A stretch of DNA of 64,000 nt from sequence record MW749006.1. One strand, 5' to 3'. The notes below the pieces were generated by a model. It worked only from the letters and a program-made list of their open reading frames with translations. It made no database searches and was not told the origin of the DNA. The number at the start of each line of letters is the position of its first letter. The stretch's first letter is position 1. This document shows, in pieces, positions 57,214 to 64,000 of the stretch. The position numbers and the translations under genes are program-made.

Positions 57214-60200
57214 ATGAAACTAAATATTTACGGTAATCAGCCGATCATTGCTCCACGTGATCCAGAACTACCAATGGAAGTAACAACTAAGAACTACGTT
57301 GATACCTTAGTTGGAACTCACTCTTCAGATTCTAGCTTACACATTACTAGTGAAGAACGTGAATTGTTAAGTGGTTTAACTATTGGTTCTGGTGCACTTA
57401 ATCAACTAGAAGGTTTGACTGGTAACGTACAACAGCAATTGAATGCTCGTGTTCTGAAAGCTGGCGACACTATGACTGGTCCTTTGGCGTTACCTGGTAA
57501 CCCAATGGAACCTTTACAAGCTGCTACTAAACAGTACGTGGATGCTGTTGACACTGCTAAACTAAGTTTAGCTGGTGGTGTGATGACTGGTAACCTGTTC
57601 TTAGTTGGTGATCCTACCTCTAACTTACATGGTGCAACCAAACGCTACGTGGATAACAGTGTAGCTAATCACGCTGCTGATGATAGTTTACACCTCACAG
57701 CTGGTCAGAATGATTTCCTTGATGCGGTAACAGTGTCTGCTGTTGAAGTTAACCGTTTAGCTGGTATTGAAGGTAACGTTCAAACTCAGATCGGTGAACG
57801 AGTTCGTTTAGATGGTGGTGTGATGACTGGAGATCTTTCTCTAGCTGGTCTACCTACCGTTGACGCACACGCTGCTAATAAACAGTATGTTGATAGTAAG
57901 GACGCATTAGCTGTTAAGAAAGCTGGTGACACCATGACTGGACCTTTGGTTCTTTCAGGTAATCCTACTCTTGATGCACAAGCTGCTAACAAGAAGTATG
58001 TTGATGAGCAACGCGCTTCACACGAAGCAGATAAAACTCTTCACATCACAGCTGGTCAGAACGAGTTCCTTGATGCAGTAACAGTATCTGCTGTTGAAGT
58101 TAACCGTTTAGCTGGTATTGAAGGTGATGTACAAACATTACTAGATACTAAGTTTGATAAGACTGGTGGAACCATTAGCGGTGACGTTACTTTAGCTGAA
58201 GGCAAAACTGTCTTTGTAAGTAAAGTACCAGAAGTACAGACTGAAGTAGTTAATAAAGCTTACGTTGATTCACGCATTAAAGGTCTGCAATGGCGTGATC
58301 CAGTTACTGAAGTTAACTTAGTCAGTGACGAATTATCTACTCCACCATCAGAAGCAGTTATTGCTGACACTTATATTGTTGCAGCTAATGCAACAGGTGA
58401 ATGGTTAGGTAAAGAAGGTTACGTTGTACAGTTCCAAGACGAAGGTTGGAAGTTCTTACAAGGTCGTCCAGTTCAGAAGGGAGATCGCTTCGGTGTTGGT
58501 TTCACTACTGAGACTCCAGTTAGTGGTGGTCTAGTTGGTAATGGTAGTAAGATTGCTACTGTAGTTTCAGTGTTGGACGGAGTTATTACTTATAGCTTCG
58601 GTGAACACAGTCCAAGTAGCACTACTTTAGTATTCGATCCTGACGCTAAACACTTCGGTGTTAGTTACTCATTCACAGACGAAGGTAACTGGGTAGCTAC
58701 AAATACCTCAGCTAACCTGACTCCAGGTGAAGGTATGCGTTTAGACGGTAACTTACTAAACCTGAACCTAGGTGATGGTATTGCTATCGTAGATAACATC
58801 ATTGCTGCTGATCTTGATAAGTCAACTGGTCTTGATGTAGTTGATGGTAAAGTAGCTATGAAGGCTGCTAACCCAACAGTTAAGTTATCTGCTGCTGGTG
58901 CTGAGGTCGGTGCTGGTGTTCTAGCTGATATTGCTGATCGCGTTAGTAAGACAGTTGATAGTGACGTGTCTGCGGTTGTTACTGTTAAAGCTACTGGTGG
59001 TTTGCGTATTGAATCTCCTGTTCTTGTAGGTGCTGATGCAACTAACAAAACGTACGTAGATGGCTTAGACGCTGCTATGGATTTACGTGTTGATAGTTTA
59101 GAGTCTACAGTTGGTGATTTAACTACTGACTCAGTGACTAAAGGCTACGTTGACAGTCAAGATGCTTTAGCTGTTAAGAAGGCTGGTGGTGTAATGACAG
59201 GTCACTTGACCTTGAACGCTGATCCTACCTCTGAGTTACACGCAGTAACTAAAGCTTACTCTGACGCGGAGTTAGCTGAACACGCTGCTGATGATAGTCT
59301 ACACATTACACCAACTCAAAACGTATTCTTAGATGGTATTACTATTACATCTACAGAAGCTAACTACCTTGAAGGTGTTACAAGTCCAGTACAAGCTCAG
59401 ATTGATTCTAGACTGAAACGTGAAGGGGATACCTTAACTGGTCCGTTGAACGTGCATCTTGCTCCAGTAGCAAACATGCAAGTAGCTAACAAACAGTACG
59501 TGGACGAAGGTGTAAACACTAAAGTAAGTAAATCTGGCGATACCATGACTGGTGCGTTAGTATTACCTGGTGCTCCAACTACTACTTTAGAAGCTTCAAC
59601 CAAAGGTTATGTGGATTCAGAGATTACTTCTCACGCTAACAACACGAATCTTCACATCAACGCTGGTGAGCGTGTACTGTTGTCTGGTATTACTGTTGAC
59701 TCTACTGAACTTAATAGTTTAGAAGGCGTTACTGGTAATGTACAAACACAAGTAGACTCTAAGCTTCCTAAAGCAGGCGGTACTTTAACTGGTGATCTAA
59801 CCTTAGCTGGTGCTCCAACTCAAGGTGGTCATGCTACTAACAAAACTTATGTAGATGCTGGTCTAGCTTTAGGAGTTAAGAAAGCTGGCGACACTATGAC
59901 TGGTGCGTTAGTATTACCAGGTGCTCCAGTAGCTGAATTAGAAGCTGCAACTAAAGGTTATGTTGATTCTGAAAACGTTACTCTTAAAGGTTATGTTGAT
60001 AGTCAAGATGCTCTTAAGTTAAACAAAACTGGTGGTACTTTAACTGGTTCATTGATCCTTAAAGGTGCTCCAGAAGCTGAATTAGAAGCTGCCACTAAAC
60101 AGTATGTCGATACTGGGTTAACTACATTAAAAGGTCAATTAGAAAACGACGCTGGTGCTTTAGGTGGTCGAGTTACTACTCTTGAGGGTGAAGTTGCTGG

Positions 60201-61563
60201 TCTGTTAGTAGATCCAGTTACAAAAGAGTATGTTGATCAAGCTGATGTGTTGAAGTTAGATAAGACTGGCGGAACTATGACAGGACATCTCCTGTTACAC
60301 GCAAACCCAGTTCAAGATCTACACCCTGCTACTAAGCAGTACGTAGATGCTATTGCTCAAGGTCTAGCTGTTAAACCTGCTGTTCGTTTCGGTACTTCTG
60401 CTCCATTAGCTGCTACCTACAACAACGGTACTCAAGGTGTTAACTCTACACTTACTGCTTCTGCAAACGGTGTATTAACTCTTGATGGTAAAACTGCTCG
60501 TGTTGGTGATCGCGTACTTGTTATGCATCAGACTAACAAAGCACAAAACGGTGACTATACTGTACAACAAATAGGTGATGCTGGTACTCCGTTCATCTTG
60601 AAGCGTGTTGTAACTGCTGACCAATCTGAAGAGATTCCAGGTAGCTACTTCTACATCTTCGGTGGTGATACACTTAAGGGTACTGGTTGGGTATTCACTG
60701 TTGACAATCCAATCACATTCAAAATCGGTACTGATCCTATCTATGTTAACCAGTTCTCTGGTCAAGGTAGTATTATTGCGGGTGACGGTCTATTACTAGA
60801 AGGTAACACTCTTAGTATTGGTACTGCCAACTCTAACCGTATCGTTGTGAGTGGTGATTACATTGACTTAGCTGTTACTGGTGTTACTCCAGGTGAATAC
60901 ACTAAGTTCAACGTAGACGGCTACGGTCGTGTTACTAGTGGTTCTAACCCATCTACTCTACAAGGTTATGGTATCGTTGATGCTCAACCTTTAGCTAATA
61001 ACTTAACAAGTATCTCTGCTATTGCAACTAATGGTCTAGTTATTCGTAACGAAGCTGGTTCAATGGTAACTAAAGAAGTGGCTGTCCAAGGTGTTGGTCT
61101 ATCCATCACTAACGCTTCAGGTGCTGCTTCAGGTAACATCATTGTTAAGTCTAATGCTTCTAGTGCTGCCTCTGTAGATACATTAGTTAGTCGTGATGGT
61201 GAGGGTAACTTCGCTGCTAACCAAATCACTGCTGACTTACTAGGTAATGCTAACACTGCTACTAAACTCAAAACAGCTCGTGATGTTTCTATCACTGGTG
61301 ACGTTGAAGCAGCGGCTATCTCCTTTGATGGTTCAGCTAACGTTGCTCTTGCAACTAACTTAACTGCTACTGGTGTAACTGCTGGTACTTATACTAAAGT
61401 AACTGTAGACGCGAAAGGTCGTGTGTCTGCTGCTGAGAATCCAGAAACCCTAGCGGGTCATGGTATCACAGACGCAGCTACTATCGCTCGTCTAGAACAA
61501 GAAGTTTCTGATCTCCGTAAAGAGATGAATGAACTTTACTTATATGTAATGTCACGTATCTAA
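57214..61563 (+). CDS. Long tail fibre protein, highly repetitive
   Basis: 1449 aa; about 17 K.YVD-type repeats, five His-containing spacer repeats, C-terminal GVT.G.YTK..VD..GRV fibre motifs. Confidence 0.8.
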   Translation: MKLNIYGNQPIIAPRDPELPMEVTTKNYVDTLVGTHSSDSSLHITSEERELLSGLTIGSGALNQLEGLTGNVQQQLNARVLKAGDTMTGPLALPGNPMEPLQAATKQYVDAVDTAKLSLAGGVMTGNLFLVGDPTSNLHGATKRYVDNSVANHAADDSLHLTAGQNDFLDAVTVSAVEVNRLAGIEGNVQTQIGERVRLDGGVMTGDLSLAGLPTVDAHAANKQYVDSKDALAVKKAGDTMTGPLVLSGNPTLDAQAANKKYVDEQRASHEADKTLHITAGQNEFLDAVTVSAVEVNRLAGIEGDVQTLLDTKFDKTGGTISGDVTLAEGKTVFVSKVPEVQTEVVNKAYVDSRIKGLQWRDPVTEVNLVSDELSTPPSEAVIADTYIVAANATGEWLGKEGYVVQFQDEGWKFLQGRPVQKGDRFGVGFTTETPVSGGLVGNGSKIATVVSVLDGVITYSFGEHSPSSTTLVFDPDAKHFGVSYSFTDEGNWVATNTSANLTPGEGMRLDGNLLNLNLGDGIAIVDNIIAADLDKSTGLDVVDGKVAMKAANPTVKLSAAGAEVGAGVLADIADRVSKTVDSDVSAVVTVKATGGLRIESPVLVGADATNKTYVDGLDAAMDLRVDSLESTVGDLTTDSVTKGYVDSQDALAVKKAGGVMTGHLTLNADPTSELHAVTKAYSDAELAEHAADDSLHITPTQNVFLDGITITSTEANYLEGVTSPVQAQIDSRLKREGDTLTGPLNVHLAPVANMQVANKQYVDEGVNTKVSKSGDTMTGALVLPGAPTTTLEASTKGYVDSEITSHANNTNLHINAGERVLLSGITVDSTELNSLEGVTGNVQTQVDSKLPKAGGTLTGDLTLAGAPTQGGHATNKTYVDAGLALGVKKAGDTMTGALVLPGAPVAELEAATKGYVDSENVTLKGYVDSQDALKLNKTGGTLTGSLILKGAPEAELEAATKQYVDTGLTTLKGQLENDAGALGGRVTTLEGEVAGLLVDPVTKEYVDQADVLKLDKTGGTMTGHLLLHANPVQDLHPATKQYVDAIAQGLAVKPAVRFGTSAPLAATYNNGTQGVNSTLTASANGVLTLDGKTARVGDRVLVMHQTNKAQNGDYTVQQIGDAGTPFILKRVVTADQSEEIPGSYFYIFGGDTLKGTGWVFTVDNPITFKIGTDPIYVNQFSGQGSIIAGDGLLLEGNTLSIGTANSNRIVVSGDYIDLAVTGVTPGEYTKFNVDGYGRVTSGSNPSTLQGYGIVDAQPLANNLTSISAIATNGLVIRNEAGSMVTKEVAVQGVGLSITNASGAASGNIIVKSNASSAASVDTLVSRDGEGNFAANQITADLLGNANTATKLKTARDVSITGDVEAAAISFDGSANVALATNLTATGVTAGTYTKVTVDAKGRVSAAENPETLAGHGITDAATIARLEQEVSDLRKEMNELYLYVMSRI

Positions 61564-61571
61564 AACTAGAT

Positions 61572-61647
61572 AGGACTCCCTGGGACTCACGTCTCAGGGA
61601 GATCCTTTAACGTGCGTATACCAGGAAGCTCTCTAGGAGCTCCCTGG
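61572..61647. terminator. Two hairpins between convergent genes
   Basis: AGGACTCCCTGGGAC/GTCTCAGGGAGATCCT and CCAGGAAGCTC/GAGCTCCCTGG. Confidence 0.6.
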
Positions 61648-61671
61648 TAGAGTTTATACTCACATTTGATA

Positions 61672-62526
61672 CTACGACTCAGATACAGTTTTAACAGTGT
61701 TAGAAAGAGAATCAACAGCCTTGTAGAAGAACATAGCGTTAGAGTAAAGATAAGCAACTAACTCTACTTCTTTAGCAACGGTATGTAATGCTGCAATCAA
61801 ATCTTTCTTTAGATAGTTACTGTTCATTAGGAAACCAGTCTTATTGTTTTGCTCTAAGACTAGATCAACCATTTCAGATACTTCTTCGGTTAGTTTAGTT
61901 ACGCCTTTAAGAACTGAAGGATTAATTAACTTCTCTAATTCAGATATACCTATAAAGATCTTTGGTATCTCATCTAAGTTATTCAAGACATCTTTAATAT
62001 AACCTTTAGTAGCATTACTTTTACTAGGGAAATATTTAGATAGTTTATCTTGATGTATCTTAGTTTGCTTCTCAGACTCTTTATAAACTACCTTACCAAA
62101 TAAGTTATCTGCTTTATCTTCAGAGAACTCGTTCATGAAAGCACTCAGAGTCATCTTAAGAGTACCTAAAGCTTTCTCTGTGTCAGGTATAAGAGCGCGT
62201 GATGCGTCTGTTAGGTCTTTAATGTATTCAATGTACTTACCTTTAAAGTTCTCAGGGATGGTAACTGAGTAAGGTTTAAGGTTACTGAACTTAAGACGTT
62301 TGAGTTTGTTCTCTACTTCGAAACGACTAGACAGAACATCAGTGACTAAACGATCGTCATCTAAAGAGAAGACTTTAGTAGTAGCGGTGTTTAAGGTGTC
62401 TTTTAGTTTGAAGAAGTAATCACTAATAGCTTCAGTGGAAACAACTGAAGCAGTAGAGTAGTAGTTAACAAATGCTTCTTGGGACAACGACATTGCTTTA
62501 GGTTGTTCCTTACTAAACAATAGCAT
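61672..62526 (-). CDS. Probable virion head protein
   Basis: 284 aa helical protein; AAGGA RBS; N-terminal SQE|A and STE|A fit the S/A/G-X-E prohead protease motif. Confidence 0.4.
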   Translation of the reverse strand: MLLFSKEQPKAMSLSQEAFVNYYSTASVVSTEAISDYFFKLKDTLNTATTKVFSLDDDRLVTDVLSSRFEVENKLKRLKFSNLKPYSVTIPENFKGKYIEYIKDLTDASRALIPDTEKALGTLKMTLSAFMNEFSEDKADNLFGKVVYKESEKQTKIHQDKLSKYFPSKSNATKGYIKDVLNNLDEIPKIFIGISELEKLINPSVLKGVTKLTEEVSEMVDLVLEQNNKTGFLMNSNYLKKDLIAALHTVAKEVELVAYLYSNAMFFYKAVDSLSNTVKTVSES

Positions 62527-62537
62527 AGATATGTTCC

Positions 62538-63626
62538 TTAGTAGTTAAACATGAGATGGTATAGACTAACTTCATCGTTAGTGTCTATGTAGTTTAGATC
62601 TCTTATGTAACGAGGTAATTCAGAGATACCTTCTAAGAGTAAACCATAGTTAGAGTTAGTGGTGGTTGGTTCTACTGTGTTGATTACATAAGTAACAGCT
62701 AAGAACTCAGGATCAGATAACTCTTTCTTAACACCAACATAAAGAGGATAGTCTACAACGTTAGTTTTAGAAGGAACGTAGATAGTAAAGTTAGCTATAC
62801 CACCATTACAGATGACACTACCGTTCTTCTGGGTAAACAAAGATAAGTTGAGTTCTGGTTTGTAGAGTTCCCAGTAAAGAACAGAACCTACAGGGTAAGC
62901 TGATGTATCTATCTCACCTGTGTAAGACTGACCTTTAATCCAATCACACTTAGGAACATCAATCCAAGTATCACTTAAGATCTTTCTACGACTGAGGAAG
63001 TAAAGAAGAGCATCGTATTGCAAGAGTTTATTGTTAGGTATGATCTTAGGTAACTCATCACACTTAAACTTCGACAGTAGAGAGTTCACTAGTTCTAGGA
63101 TGATAGATGTCTGTCCTAGAGTAATAGCTCTCTTAATGCGTTCTAGATGATCTACAATAGGTTCAAAACCATAGATGTCGTCTAAGAGGTGACGGTGTAT
63201 GGTTGGTGTGAACTCCGTTGGTTTATTAAAAACGTTAGTCCAATCTACTGGACGTTCATCACTGATAACAGATTGATACATGTTAGCAATGGCTTTATCA
63301 CTATAAGTAAAATGACCACCTAACGCTTGGTATGTGATTGTGACTTCAGAACTAACACTGGAGTTAATAACAAGGATGACTGAAGCTATCTCTTTACCGT
63401 ACTTAAGAGTAGCTTCTTGGTGTAACTCAACTATCTGATAATCCATACCACGGGTTAGTATATTAGCACCGTCTCGGATAACTAAGCTATTAGCAAAGAA
63501 AGGTCCGAGGTTAGCAGCTATACTACGGGTAGGTCTGTCAGATAGAGAGTGTGGTTCATCAAAAATCTTGTTATTAACATCTGATCCAGTAATATCTAAG
63601 TCTAGTACCGGGATGTTATATGCCAT
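62538..63626 (-). CDS. Tail/baseplate-associated virion protein (paralogue of the 56066 N-terminal domain)
   Basis: LDLDITGSDVNNKIFDEPH...GPFFANSL...YQALGG...W..V.NKPTEF.PT.H.H...DIYG.E, parallel to the 56066 protein. Confidence 0.6.
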   Translation of the reverse strand: MAYNIPVLDLDITGSDVNNKIFDEPHSLSDRPTRSIAANLGPFFANSLVIRDGANILTRGMDYQIVELHQEATLKYGKEIASVILVINSSVSSEVTITYQALGGHFTYSDKAIANMYQSVISDERPVDWTNVFNKPTEFTPTIHRHLLDDIYGFEPIVDHLERIKRAITLGQTSIILELVNSLLSKFKCDELPKIIPNNKLLQYDALLYFLSRRKILSDTWIDVPKCDWIKGQSYTGEIDTSAYPVGSVLYWELYKPELNLSLFTQKNGSVICNGGIANFTIYVPSKTNVVDYPLYVGVKKELSDPEFLAVTYVINTVEPTTTNSNYGLLLEGISELPRYIRDLNYIDTNDEVSLYHLMFNY

Positions 63627-64000
63627 TTAGATTTCCTCTATCGTTTCTAACAAAGATCATCTCGTGTTTACTCTTCTTTAGAACAGCTCGTACGAGGGCG
63701 TGTGGGGTGTGGGGTGCTTCGTCGTCTACAATATAACCGATGTTATTGTAAAAGTTACCAGCGAGCTCTGAACAATAGTAAGAGTCATCACTTGAACCTA
63801 TACCAAAGATACCCTTAACAAAATCCCATAGACCGTAAGGTTTACCTAAATTCTTTAGTAAGAGGTCATAATGACGACTGTTTAATTCTAGATCTGTTTT
63901 GATTAGATAGAAATCATCTGTCATGGAAATAGGAAACAGTCTAACTACCGGTGGAGTTGCTTCAACGATGAATTGTCTGTCACCAATAATGGCTACGATA
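63616..64000 (-). CDS. Permuted papain-like amidase (YiiX/YebB-like NlpC/P60), partial
   Basis: Frame stays open to the window end (IVAIIGDRQFIVEATPPVVR...) and continues LGKPYGLWDF...YYCSELAGNFY...TPHAL, i.e. catalytic Cys late in the sequence. Confidence 0.6.
   Translation of the reverse strand, partial: IVAIIGDRQFIVEATPPVVRLFPISMTDDFYLIKTDLELNSRHYDLLLKNLGKPYGLWDFVKGIFGIGSSDDSYYCSELAGNFYNNIGYIVDDEAPHTPHALVRAVLKKSKHEMIFVRNDRGNLNGI

Noticed and set aside
57402-61295. Minus-strand ORFs within the long fibre gene
   Set aside because: Antisense shadows of repetitive GCT/GGT/ACT codons.
1-64000. CRISPR arrays, tRNA or rRNA genes
   Set aside because: No regularly spaced repeat-spacer array and no cloverleaf or rRNA motifs seen by eye; repeats are either coding (fibre, DUF4116) or isolated hairpins. 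tRNAscan was not run.

Overview
This is a 64 kb segment of an AT-rich, nucleus-forming jumbo phage genome (phiKZ-like, Chimalliviridae). Hallmark genes: chimallin (nuclear shell), PhuZ tubulin, non-virion RNAP beta' (gp55-like), virion RNAP beta' (gp180-like) and beta (gp178-like), terminase large subunit, a partial portal-like gene, a tape-measure/tail lysin with M15 peptidase and lytic transglycosylase domains, RuvC, a likely spanin pair and repeat-rich tail fibres. Main discoveries: (1) an apparently intact IsrB-type OMEGA element (omega-RNA plus HNH-less IscB-family nuclease, IS200/IS605-like ends, no transposase) immediately downstream of a recurrent phage early-promoter motif; (2) a 58-bp ends-only derivative of that element 30 kb away, also inserted at a start codon and carrying a poly-C tract; (3) a group I intron with an HNH homing endonuclease splitting the virion RNAP beta gene at the conserved GD|K motif; (4) a tail fibre whose collar domain is split by an AT-rich Kelch propeller; (5) an expanded family of 24-aa-repeat (DUF4116-like) proteins in the early region. 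All family assignments come from motif recognition by eye; no database searches were run.
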